Shown: positions 22,830-33,562 of the stretch, piece by piece
Numbering within the stretch: the first letter of the stretch is position 1
How the letters are laid out: the number at the start of each line of letters is the position of its first letter
From: Corallochytrium limacisporum Hawaii
Taxonomy: Eukaryota > Protista > Pluriformea
Length of the DNA stretch: 64,000 bases
NCBI GenBank assembly: GCA_002811645.1
Contig: PDIP01000105.1
Coordinates: 1 to 64,000, forward strand
Direction: 5' to 3'
Program-made: the position numbers and the translations under genes
The notes under the pieces: generated by a model
The model's database searches: none
What the model saw: the letters and a program-made list of their open reading frames with translations, nothing else
Told to the model about the DNA's origin: nothing

Positions 22830-23690
22830 CTAAAGTCGTGCTTTGGCCGACTCTTCGGGGCTCTGATCGAGATTGAAGACCCTCTGCGCATTTCCGGCCA
22901 GGAACAGATCCATGGTCTCGTCGTCCAATCCCAGTGTACTGATGTCTTTTAGACACTGTGCAGGAGGGATCATTGGGAAGTTGGTGCCGAACAACACTTT
23001 CTTCTTGCCATTGGTACGCATGTACCGCACCAATTCAGGAGGGTAGCGTTTGGCTGTGTAGGCAGAGGTGTCGATGTAGACATTCTGGTGCTTGGTGGCC
23101 ACAGCAATGGCCTCTTCCGTCCAGGGGTACCCAATGTGACCGCCCACAATTGTGAGTTCAGGAAAGTCGAGGGCTACTTGGTCAAGGTATATTGGCCGTC
23201 CCACTTCGCTGGGCATCAGCGGACCGGTATGCCCAATTTGTGTACAAAAGGGCACGCCCATGTCCACGCATGCGGCGTAGACAGGATAGAATCGACGATC
23301 GGTTGGAGGGACTTCCCATAACCAGGGCAGTACTCGAATACCCACAAAGCCCAGCTCCCGCACACATCGACGCACCTCGCGGACGGCTTCCATTGGCTTG
23401 GAAATGTCCACGGAACCTACGCCGTACAACATGCCCTTTGGGCCCTCTGATACAAACTGGGCCACTTCATCGTTGGAAATCATGCAGTTTCGAGGAGCAT
23501 ACCAAGCTGAAATCAGTGCCTTGGATACGCCACCTTGCTGCATTGCTCCCACTGTTACCGATACTGGTATCTGTTCCTTCGGTATTTTACCACCGGTCCA
23601 ACGACGCAAGGAGTCAAAAATTGGGTCTGCAGCATGACGTGCTGTGGGATGTTGCGCCCATGCATCGATGATCAGTCGTTTAGCTGCCAT
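22830..23690 (-). CDS. Amidohydrolase superfamily (Amidohydro_2-like) protein with peroxisomal PTS1
   Basis: IIDAWAQHP, YPVYAACV, QIGHTG, GHIGYPW, NVYIDTSA, KVLFGTNFP, GNAQRVF motifs; ends in -ARL. Confidence 0.88.
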   Translation of the reverse strand: MAAKRLIIDAWAQHPTARHAADPIFDSLRRWTGGKIPKEQIPVSVTVGAMQQGGVSKALISAWYAPRNCMISNDEVAQFVSEGPKGMLYGVGSVDISKPMEAVREVRRCVRELGFVGIRVLPWLWEVPPTDRRFYPVYAACVDMGVPFCTQIGHTGPLMPSEVGRPIYLDQVALDFPELTIVGGHIGYPWTEEAIAVATKHQNVYIDTSAYTAKRYPPELVRYMRTNGKKKVLFGTNFPMIPPAQCLKDISTLGLDDETMDLFLAGNAQRVFNLDQSPEESAKARL

Positions 23691-24324
23691 ACTTCAGCAA
23701 CACCGTGTCTACTTTGTGGTTTCCTTGAGCTTCACACTGACGCAAGCTAGGAGGCCTTCCACGAGAGAAACATGGGGTATTTAGCGATAATGTCAACGAC
23801 CCTAGATCAAATAGCTAACTTGGTAAAGTACTAATTAAACTTGAAGTTCATTTTTGCACACAGGATAAACACTACAGAGGATTGTTTCGATACGATGGTA
23901 CTTTTGCAAGACTGGCAACATCTCCCATTCCGGGCGCGTACTTAAACACTCGCCCAACCCCCCCCCCCAATTTCTTTTTCGTTCTGCGCGGATGGAATAC
24001 CCTTGGTGCGTATTAAGCGTTCGCAACCCAGAGAGGGCTAGTAGGAAATTGAGGGTGAAACTGTGTGGAAGGGGAGGGGCCGCTATTTCTCGATCTTCCG
24101 AATTTTGCCATCTATTTATAGGCCCTGGTCCTGCAAAGCGTGACCAATGGGTGTCATATGATGTTTCGCTTTTGCGCACTTTCATGGATGCGGGAAACGT
24201 GAGTCCCTACCTCTAGCCAGTGTACTTGTGTCTGCAACACCAGAGTAGTCCCGTCTGAAAGTGACCATGGCAAAGCGAGGTTTATTAATGCCAATTAGTT
24301 CCTCACGGGTCCCAGGGGATACCC

Positions 24325-26199
24325 TTACATCCATGCCGGTTCGTCCTTGAAGTCGATCGTTTTCTCGATGTCAGCCATGACGCGCATGATGAGCTCATCT
24401 TGGAACGGCCGCGCCACAACCTGAACACTCATGGGCAGACCCTCGGAGCCCTTCATAACCTTCTTGGCTGCCTTGGTGAGCATATCCTGGGGGGCATCAG
24501 GGTTGTTGTAATGGGCCTCATTGGCACGGATCCTCGTGACTGGAGCCACACCTGCAGGCCAGTGCATCAAGTTCCAGTAGAACATATAGATGTAGGTGGG
24601 AAGCAGATTCTTGGACATACCGAGAGGCACAGCGGGCAGCGCCAGGGCAGGAGAGATCAGGACATCAATGTCGGCGGCATCGAAGGCACGCACGATATCC
24701 TCCTGGTATTGCTTCTTGTCCTTAATATCCTCCCAGTGTTCGTCGACAGTCTTGATGCCGATAGCTCCAAAAACGCGGGCCATACGTTCCTGTCCAAGAA
24801 GCTTCATCATCTGCACAACGATCGGGCGGACCCAACGCGGAAGAGCGTTTCCTGCATCGGTGAGGCCGTAGTATTCGTGCAGATCCTCTCCCTCCGCACC
24901 CTTCTTAATCCAGCGCATGTTACCGTCGGCGCTCAGGACAGCGGACAGGGTTAGCTGAATCTCCTTTGTGTTGGGAATCTTGAAGTCAACACATTCGTGC
25001 CCAAGCTTCTTCATCTGAGTCTTGACCTCACGGACGGCACGCTTCGCGGTCTCGCAAGCGTGGAACACTTCGTACATGTCTTCACAAAAACCGATGCGCA
25101 GCTTGGCCTTGCCCTTCTTACCAGTATAGACATCTTCACGCCAAGGGACGTCGGGGATGAACGGGTCCAACTTGCGAATTTCCGGGTCGCTCAGCCAGGG
25201 CTCCAGGACCAGCTTCATGTCCTCTACACTCTTGGCCAACGGGCCTGCCGCACTCAACACCGCGGTGTTGCCAGATATGTTCCGCAGATGAGGATAACGC
25301 ATGGAGTAGCAGGTGGATCGTGTTGGTGTGGGGCGCATTCCGTAGATACCGTTGTAGGCGGCTGGGATGCGAATGGATCCGGCAATGTCGGTACCGAGAC
25401 CCAGTGGGGACGCGCGTCCTCCAACGAGAGAACCCTCACCACCACTGGAACCGCCTGGGGTGCGCTTCAGGTCCCATGGATTCTTCGACTCTCCCCAGAT
25501 CAGGTTCACACTCTCCGGAAGCATGAGGCTCTGTGGCACGTTGCTGCGCACGAACGGAATCGCCCCGCGTTTACGGAGTACGCCGACCAGTACACCGTCC
25601 TCGGTGTCACGGGTCTGGGCACGAACAGCCAGACCGCAGGTACTCAAGGCACCCTTCTGCTGGTACTGATCCTTGACGGAGATTGGCAGACCGAGCAAAG
25701 GCAGCTCGCTGCGCTTCCAGCGACCGCTTTGGATCAGCTTGTCAGCCTCCTCCGCAGCTTCCATTGCTTCGTCGTAGAACTCCTCAGTCACGGCCAGCAG
25801 TTCACGGTTAGCACGCACAGACTGCTTGCAAAAGGCGCGCATGACCTCCTTAGCTGTGAGTTCCTTCTTCTCCAGGGCATCAAGAATCTGCATGGCCGTA
25901 GACTCCAGGATCTTGCGCTCTGCGGCTGTGATGCGCTCATCAAGCTTGAACATGCGGACCATCTTGTCGTGCTTGGCGTCGCGTTCGGCACGGGCGCCAT
26001 TGGCAATCTTGACCAGTTGAGCATGGCGTGCGGCCTTGGTTGTGCGGTCAATCATGTTAAGAGCCACACGGTAAGTCACATAGGCGACGGCAAGGACGGG
26101 TATCACCGCCGGGATATTGACCGAGCTTACAGTTTCCAACGGTCTGCCCTGGATTGTGCCCTGATAGGCAGACTGGATAATTGCCAGTACGTTCGACAT
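24325..26199 (-). CDS. Amidase-signature enzyme, fatty-acid amide hydrolase (FAAH)-like
   Basis: Lys-Ser-Ser triad motifs GLPISVKD, TPGGSSGGEG and GTDIAGSIRIPA; N-terminal hydrophobic anchor. Start at 26199 preferred over 26367. Confidence 0.9.
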   Translation of the reverse strand: MSNVLAIIQSAYQGTIQGRPLETVSSVNIPAVIPVLAVAYVTYRVALNMIDRTTKAARHAQLVKIANGARAERDAKHDKMVRMFKLDERITAAERKILESTAMQILDALEKKELTAKEVMRAFCKQSVRANRELLAVTEEFYDEAMEAAEEADKLIQSGRWKRSELPLLGLPISVKDQYQQKGALSTCGLAVRAQTRDTEDGVLVGVLRKRGAIPFVRSNVPQSLMLPESVNLIWGESKNPWDLKRTPGGSSGGEGSLVGGRASPLGLGTDIAGSIRIPAAYNGIYGMRPTPTRSTCYSMRYPHLRNISGNTAVLSAAGPLAKSVEDMKLVLEPWLSDPEIRKLDPFIPDVPWREDVYTGKKGKAKLRIGFCEDMYEVFHACETAKRAVREVKTQMKKLGHECVDFKIPNTKEIQLTLSAVLSADGNMRWIKKGAEGEDLHEYYGLTDAGNALPRWVRPIVVQMMKLLGQERMARVFGAIGIKTVDEHWEDIKDKKQYQEDIVRAFDAADIDVLISPALALPAVPLGMSKNLLPTYIYMFYWNLMHWPAGVAPVTRIRANEAHYNNPDAPQDMLTKAAKKVMKGSEGLPMSVQVVARPFQDELIMRVMADIEKTIDFKDEPAWM

Positions 26200-29100
26200 G
26201 GCTATTGCTCTTTGATTTCCTCTTCTTTCGTCTCCTGTCTTTAACTGCGTATTTCGGACCGCCGTAAGGTGTGGAAGCTCAACAATGTCGTTCTCTCTAA
26301 TTATTAGTAACGAAGAATCGGATTGCTGTAAAGTACAAGTACCCGAAAGGGTAGGGCCCTTGCGCATAAACTGATCTTCATGGTATCACTATCACACAAC
26401 ATCGAAGGGGAATGTCACGCTGTAGCAGTGTCATCCATCCACAACCAAAGGACAGACGTGGCGGACGGTCTGCGCAGTGCTGGGTAAACTCCACGTAAAC
26501 CCCCACGCCCCCAGTAGACCCGTGTAGGATGCACCCCGAACTCCGAAACTCTTCTTCCTTGGGTGGGTGAGTCATTTTCACCATATCTAAATTGAACACT
26601 TTCTGTTTGTTCCAAAAACACCGGAAACTGCAGCAGATGATACTCTTGTTGTGCAACCGTCCAAACTCGCTTAGGTGTACTACTCTTCCTTGCCTGCTTG
26701 CGGCTGGAGGTTGGCTACTTTCTCTATTGTGGAATTCTCTACCTCGGTACATTGAGCACTATGAATCGAAGGTCATCTCATGGTATGGTTGGATTAGCAG
26801 GTGATCTTGTGCAATCATTACGCAGCCTCTTCAGCACGCCTCCCAATTTGACTACGCACAAGCAAGCAAGTACTGCACTGCTGTAGTTTTAAGCACGCGA
26901 GGAAGGACTATTACCTCTGAGATAAACCCAATGCGGACATGCTCGACAAGTTCTGCTGAAGGCGGTGACTGGATTGACGGCTTACATACACCTACAATGA
27001 CGATATCCCATAGCTGCCAACGAAAATGCGTGCCCATTCGGCCACCCCCCCCCCCGGGGGTGAATTGGGCCCGACGACTGTCTTGCTTGGGAAACGTACT
27101 TCAGGTTCGCCACCGCCCAACCTCTCTCACACCGACACATTTGGGCGAGCACTATCTATCGCCTAACCACCACCACACCCCAACCCCCCGGGGGTGAGTG
27201 GGCTTCCCTCCCTCTGTCTTGTCAGCTGTGTTCTCTCCTTTGTAGGTTGGTAAGACACACTCACGGATGAAATAGGTCTGATACTGCTGGAACGTTCGAA
27301 TCTCCGAAGTTTTGAAGGGTGGTTTTTTTTGGTTGGTTTGGTACTTTTTTTCTTCCCTTAATTTCTCTCCCTCTCTCTCTCTCTCTCTTTTAATATATTT
27401 TTCTTCCTTTCTCTCATGTTTCATTAGCTCTTTGGATTTCCTCTTTACTCTTGCTGTACCCGTGTGCGGTGCAAACAACCCAGTAGTGTATGTACCAGTC
27501 GGTGGCCAACTAGTTTGCCACATACTGTTGGTGCAACCCCCGGAATAGCCACAGCAGTGCCCCCTGATGCCATTAAGTTCGCCAGGAAGGCGGTGCTTAC
27601 GATCTCTTCTTGGTTTCCTCGACTGGATGCTGCTGTCTTGCTGTTGTCCGGGTTTTGTGCGCTTCTAAATATATGCAACCCGAGTATTGAGCACACACTG
27701 ACAAGTGCGCATCTTCTATCGATGTTCGGTGGGGTGGCGGGCGAACGGGGTGGAGTGACTTTGGAGCTGAGTGTGCGCGTACGCAATCGGGGAACTCGGA
27801 TCGCCAATCTTCCGAAGCACATGCACAAAATATGTTCATAGGCGTGGTCAGACAGTTTGACTGTAGGGGGCCAAGAACCTAAGATTCGCATGCTACATGA
27901 GCCGGTATTGTTCCGGCTCTGACTGCTAACGGTGATGATGCCAATAAAGTGTGCCTGATTACACTCACCAATTGATTCTGCCCCGCACAGAAACCCTCTG
28001 ATTTTGGGCAAAGGGGGGGGCGAGGAGGGTGTCAGCTGACGAACCCCAATCGTCCAACGCCACAGTTTACGAACACATTGTACCACATATGCTGGTTGTC
28101 GCTTACCCACCGCCGCCCTTCTTCGGGTAAAGGACATTTTCCACCGAAATTTGTGTGTAGCAAGAGAGAAAAACTGGGCGGTTGAAACCCCAGGCAAAAT
28201 ACTGGGGCGTGGGATGGGCGGCTGGTCCGGGTCTCCATTGAATCTATTTCGAATCTAAACAATTTCAGTGCAAAATACACTGTAGAATAAATAGTATATA
28301 TTAAAAAATCAGTATCATTATTTTTAAAGTATAGTGTCAAATAGATTTATGATTATTAAAATATTTGTCTCCAGTAAATGGGAGTCTATTTTCCGGGCCG
28401 TCACAGCGGAAACCAATATTACCGGGGCGGGGTACACACAGATGAGCCCCCTTGCGGGCGATCGTATCCGGTGACCCCGACACCCCCACCCTAGCACCGA
28501 CGTACGGAAGGTATGTTTTCGTCTGGTGTATAATTTACGCCCACCCACCAACCTCACCCTTCCTTCTTCATAAAATCACTCAATTTGCGAAACCATTGAG
28601 TCTAATGGCATTGTGCGTGCGGCGTCCTTCCTTCCCGCCGTGCCCCTTCGATCGCCTAGGGGGAAGGTGCTTTTTGTAGTGTCAATTTGCGACGGGAATG
28701 ATTCCTATGATGTATATACCCTAAATATAGGCCCCAATGGTGGTGTTTCACACAGTCCCGAATGGATCCCAGATCGCTCCCCCGTTCCGGTTCTGTTGGC
28801 TTCCCGACCAGGCGCAACCCGAGAAACATTCAAATATTCCGTATATATAATTTCGTACTGCATTTACTTGATTTCATGATACTATTTAGTTACCAATTTC
28901 GAAACTATTAATATATCCGTATATTATATAAGCGATGCAATGCGGTGGAAAAGAACGGAACGAGTCATCGAATTCATCATCAACATTTTACTCTCTCGGG
29001 GTCTAACCCTCCTCCACTAATTCCGACCCTCGTTTTCTATACTGAAATAGTCTACCAACTGTGACGAATCATGCATTTTGAGTCCACGGAGCTCGAGGGC

Positions 29101-29587
29101 AGGAAGAGTCCAGGTGGATAGTGCCTCTCAGTTCCACAGTTTTTCCGGTCTTCTTCTGCAATTTATTCCGCCGGTTACCGTCAACGCGTATACTTACTGT
29201 CCCCAATTTCTTAACTAATTAAGTACCAAACAAAGAGGAAATTGGAGAATGGGGAGGAGTGTTGCCGCCGCAACCTCCCTTCGTGAAGGTTGGGGGTGGG
29301 GGTTTTTTGTCCGTCAAACGGGGGACAAGCGCCGAACCGCAGCAACGTTTTGAAACGGACCTGAAGTGAAAAAAAAAAGGAAAACAATGCATAAACCAAG
29401 GAGAAGAAGAACCCCCCAAAAGAAAAAATGAAAATGGAGAGAAAATGAAAAGATAGACAAGGAGCAGACTCGAACGACCCAAAGGAAAATAGAGAAATAA
29501 AAAGAAAAGAACCCGTGTCCGTCGTTCCCTATTTTGGTCATCGCTGCTCCTCCGTTCAATTTACGGGGCGCGCAAGGTGCACCGTGC

Positions 29588-29664
29588 TGCTGGCTTGCTG
29601 GCTTGGCTGGCCTGGCTGGCTGGCTGGCTGGCTGGTTGGCTTGGCTTGGCTAGACTTGGCTGGC
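29588..29664. repeat. Imperfect (GGCT/GGCTT)n microsatellite
   Basis: Direct reading of the sequence. Confidence 0.85.
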
Positions 29665-30572
29665 GCCCTAGCGAACTTTGAGGGGTAATAAAAAAGAGAA
29701 AGCCCCCCCTCTCCCGGTCCACGTTCCACTCCGCACGGGTCAAAAATTGAAAAATATAAAAATAAAAAGGGACGTTAAACCCGTCCACAGCAGCGCCTTC
29801 TTATGGTGATAGTTACAAATCACTGCAGGAAAGCTGCTGTTTTTTAGGCTATTAAGTACTAGAGTTGTGAATAAACTATTCAGAAGTGAAGGAAGGTAAT
29901 ATGTAATACGTTGCGAGTCTGCAGCGGTACGAGAGCGATGTCTGGTGCTGGGTCGATTAGATCGGTATGCCGGCAAGAATATTAACGACTTTCCATTGTA
30001 ACCTGACAATGAAAAAGACTAGTATATTGTATATACAAATTAGCTACCTTTATGGAAGCGATGAGGTATCAGACTGCGTAGTAAGACCCCAGCAGGGTCG
30101 GCCCGATAGCCGCGTTCCGCGATGTTCTTCCCCCCCCCCCCCGGGGCTTTTCCCCCGGGGGGTTCGCCCCTACTGTTCCTTCCCTCGTTCTGAGAAGGGG
30201 GTTCTCTCCTGGATACTCCGGGACCTTTAGGGCAAAGCTCTTCCCTAGCGCTCCCCCCCCCCCGGGGAGGTGCCAATGGACAGCAGGGCAGGGCGTATGT
30301 TCGTGTTGCACAAAACGCATCAATGCGAGCTGAATTTGGGGGTTTGGCACTGTGCTTTACCACGCGAGGGATAACATATACTAGAGAATGTATTCCGAAA
30401 GTGGAGAGGAAATCATGAGGGTGTTTCAGGCGCGCAATTGCATAGGGTTAATGAACCTGATCTATTCGCATCAACGAAACCCACGGGAAACCACGCACTG
30501 GGGTATACACAGTTGGCGGCGAAAAGGAAAGCTTTCGTTCTTTAAATAGTTTTCTCCTGCTTTAAGACGACC

Positions 30573-31109
30573 ATGGGTTTCTTTCATTTCTTCTTCTTCG
30601 GCCTCGGTCCTTGGCTGTGCGCCCCTGCCATTGCCGTCATGACCAACATCGCTTTCAATCTCGACGACTTCGAGACCTTCGGGACATTGGAGACATGTAC
30701 AACCACAGCAAAGGTGCTGCCGTTCGTGGTCTACGGGCTATTGATCATCCTTATCTTCCCCCTCCACATAGCGCGGCTCTACCACACTCAGCTGTGGATG
30801 ATCTTGGCGTACTTGGTGCTATTTGTTCTGCACTTTGGATCATGGGCCGCAGTCGGATGGGGAATGCGCGGCTGGTGGGGCTGTGATTTCGACAAAGCTC
30901 GGACATCTGGCATGTCAATTTCGCAGGTAAGCAACTACCAGGAAGACCTCCGTGACATCGGTACCCTGTTCCTGGCTCCTGCGATTGCGGCCCTGCTGAC
31001 TTTCATCTACGGTATGATCTTCATGCACGGCTGGTGCACTACCCTGCCAATTGAATTCCAGCCCGAGTACGCTGAGAAGGTCAAGACCGGTGAGATCATC
31101 CGCTACTAA
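30573..31109 (+). CDS. Hypothetical multi-pass (about 4 TM) membrane protein, 178 aa
   Basis: accATG start, C-ending codon bias, four hydrophobic segments; a decayed paralogue lies at ~36050-36410. Confidence 0.8.
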   Translation: MGFFHFFFFGLGPWLCAPAIAVMTNIAFNLDDFETFGTLETCTTTAKVLPFVVYGLLIILIFPLHIARLYHTQLWMILAYLVLFVLHFGSWAAVGWGMRGWWGCDFDKARTSGMSISQVSNYQEDLRDIGTLFLAPAIAALLTFIYGMIFMHGWCTTLPIEFQPEYAEKVKTGEIIRY

Positions 31110-31400
31110 TAGCACAGCAGACCCGTATTCTGAAAATCAAAGACTGTTCACAGGTCTCTTGGAGGACTTGGATCAAAATCCCTAGCATTATCAACTTTGT
31201 CATATCATACACTAATACATTGTCCATATTTGCACTCTTTTATCTTGGGTCTGGGAAAGTCTCTTGAACACTTACCGGATCTGTTGAAGAACACCTTGGA
31301 CAGTGGAAATCCATTCTGCTCTTGTCATGTTGACTTTTTCAATAGTTGGTGTATTCTCATGGGACGATGTATGTATACTATTAGGTGTGACTGATGGTCA

Positions 31401-32870
31401 CTATGCAAATACAAAGTTGCGGTAGTCCGGGGTTGCGGTCTTCCGCCAGTATTGGTACGTCGTGTTGGTCCAATTATTGGTGACAATACCGTGCTCATTC
31501 TTGTACCATGACGAGCATCCGCCAGCAGCCCAGACCGTGTCCTTGAGACTCTCCTGGACCTGTGTGTTATACTCGTCATACACACCTCGCTTGACGTCAA
31601 TGCTGGCCTTGCCGACCTTCTGCATCTGTTTGATGCACTGCATGATGTAATTGCACTGGCACTCGATCATGAAAATGATCGAGTTGGTTCCGAGGTTCGT
31701 GTTAGGTCCATAGCACATGAAGAAGTTCGGGAAACCAGAGACAGTCAAGCCGAGGTGAGCCTGGGCACCCTTCTGCCACATTTCAGAGAGTTCGACGCCG
31801 TTTTTGCCGTATACCTTCATTGGAGTCAGGAATCGTGTGGTCTGGAAGCCAGTGGCAAAAATTATGCAGTCAAAGTCCATTTCAGTGCCATCCTTGAGCC
31901 TCACACCGGTCTCCGTCAGCGCCGCAATGTGGCGATCCTCGATGCCGCAGTTGGGGCGCTGGACGGCGGGGAAGTAATCATCAGTAACCAGAATACGCTT
32001 GCATCCAGGCGCGTAGTCGGGAGTCAGCTTCTCCCGAAGCTTCTCGTCCTTGACGGCCAATTTACGCTCAAGGTTGAACAAAAACTTGAAGATTATGCCC
32101 AACCAAGAGCCAACCTTCAGACTGTGGAACATAAATTCACCATACAGCCAGGTGCGGAAGCGGTAAAACTTCATAACCCCTGGGACATAGCGGAAGAGCA
32201 TTCTCTCGATCCACCAGAAGGCACGGTCGCCCTTGCCCGTGATCCACATAGCAGACCTCTGAAAGACGGTCAGCAGCTTGGCCACTTTGGCAACTTCAGG
32301 CACTAACTGTACAGCAGAGGCACCGTTACCTACGCAGGCAACAGTCTTGTCCTTGAGATCGTAGTCCTTGTCCCAGCGGGCAGTGTGCATGGTCTTGCCT
32401 CTGTACTTGTCCATGCCAGGAAGCTTGGGGTAAGAGGGCTGGTTCAACTGGCCCACGCCGGAGATGATGACATCAAAGAGAAACATGATACCATCTTTGG
32501 TCTTGACTTCCCACTGCTGGCGGTCCTCAAGCCACCTCATCATTTCGACCTCGGTGTTGAAGCGAGCGTGCTCGTAGAGTCCATACTTGCGGGCGGTGGC
32601 CTCCATGTAAGCCAGGATCTCAGGCTGGGGAGCCCAGAAACGGGTCCATTCGGAGTTGAGGTTGAAACTGAATGAGTACAGATGGCTTGGAATATCACAA
32701 GCAGCACCAGGGTAGCAATTGTCGCGCCAAGTGCCTCCGAAGCCATCGCTCTTTTCAAAGATTATGAAATTGTGGTTGCCCAGTTTGTTCTTAAGGTGGT
32801 GGCCGGCCACAATACCGGAAGCACCGGCACCAATGATCAGGACACTCTTATTGCGGTTCAACCCGGTCAT
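31401..32870 (-). CDS. Baeyer-Villiger/flavin-containing monooxygenase, copy 1
   Basis: GAGASG FAD motif, GGTWRDNCYPGAACD, BVMO fingerprint variant YRGKTMHTARW, GNGASA NADPH motif, ATGF. Confidence 0.92.
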   Translation of the reverse strand: MTGLNRNKSVLIIGAGASGIVAGHHLKNKLGNHNFIIFEKSDGFGGTWRDNCYPGAACDIPSHLYSFSFNLNSEWTRFWAPQPEILAYMEATARKYGLYEHARFNTEVEMMRWLEDRQQWEVKTKDGIMFLFDVIISGVGQLNQPSYPKLPGMDKYRGKTMHTARWDKDYDLKDKTVACVGNGASAVQLVPEVAKVAKLLTVFQRSAMWITGKGDRAFWWIERMLFRYVPGVMKFYRFRTWLYGEFMFHSLKVGSWLGIIFKFLFNLERKLAVKDEKLREKLTPDYAPGCKRILVTDDYFPAVQRPNCGIEDRHIAALTETGVRLKDGTEMDFDCIIFATGFQTTRFLTPMKVYGKNGVELSEMWQKGAQAHLGLTVSGFPNFFMCYGPNTNLGTNSIIFMIECQCNYIMQCIKQMQKVGKASIDVKRGVYDEYNTQVQESLKDTVWAAGGCSSWYKNEHGIVTNNWTNTTYQYWRKTATPDYRNFVFA

Positions 32871-33536
32871 TATGATTTCTATGTTTGATATACTACGGAC
32901 CTAAGAGTAAAACTTGCTCGTGATCCCGAAGCTTCAGTCGTCGTTGTTGACACAGGAGGGGCAGGACACCATAGAATGATCTCTGTATCCACCCACTCTT
33001 ATACCAGGTCAGACCGCAACAGAATCGCATACGAGGACAACATATCAGAATACAAGAGAATGCATCTATGCATTCTGTTCTAACAATAACCGTCAGGACC
33101 AGAACTATCATCAACAGGAGTTTCATCACCACCATCCGCGATTGTCCCGCATGACCCACTCACGCTTTTCCATCGAATCCATCCTTTCCCCTTCTGCCCC
33201 CCCCTTTTCCTTCTCAGTCAGCTCCCCGCGGCCCACTGCGCGTAATCCCGAATTCTCAGAACGACCCGGCTCTCTTCGCAAACACGCACAACCGCCCCTA
33301 CACCAAAGCGGTTTCTAATAGTCCGTGTGCTTAGTCAAAACTAAGATATGTCCACTGGGCATTAAAAAACTGACAGCAAAGTGGGTTTCGATGGGCGAAA
33401 TAAGCCCGCCGTGCTCCGGTCCCCCGCCAGTGGGAGCGCCGAAGTTGTGTCCCTTAGCGATGCAGTGGTAAACGCATCGAGCGTACCCGGGCACAGTGTC
33501 AACTTTGGGATAAGCATGGAGCGCGATAAGACAGAA

Positions 33537-33562
33537 GGGACCCCAAGGTACCTTGGGGTCCC
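33537..33562. other. Perfect 26-bp palindrome GGGACCCCAAGGTACCTTGGGGTCCC
   Basis: Self-reverse-complementary, read directly. Confidence 0.9.

Noticed and set aside
24997-26244. 415-aa plus-strand ORF
   Set aside because: Antisense shadow of the codon-biased amidase gene.
27445-28197. 250-aa minus-strand ORF
   Set aside because: Non-ATG start, Arg/Ser/Cys-rich random-like composition, crosses a homopolymer, no motif.
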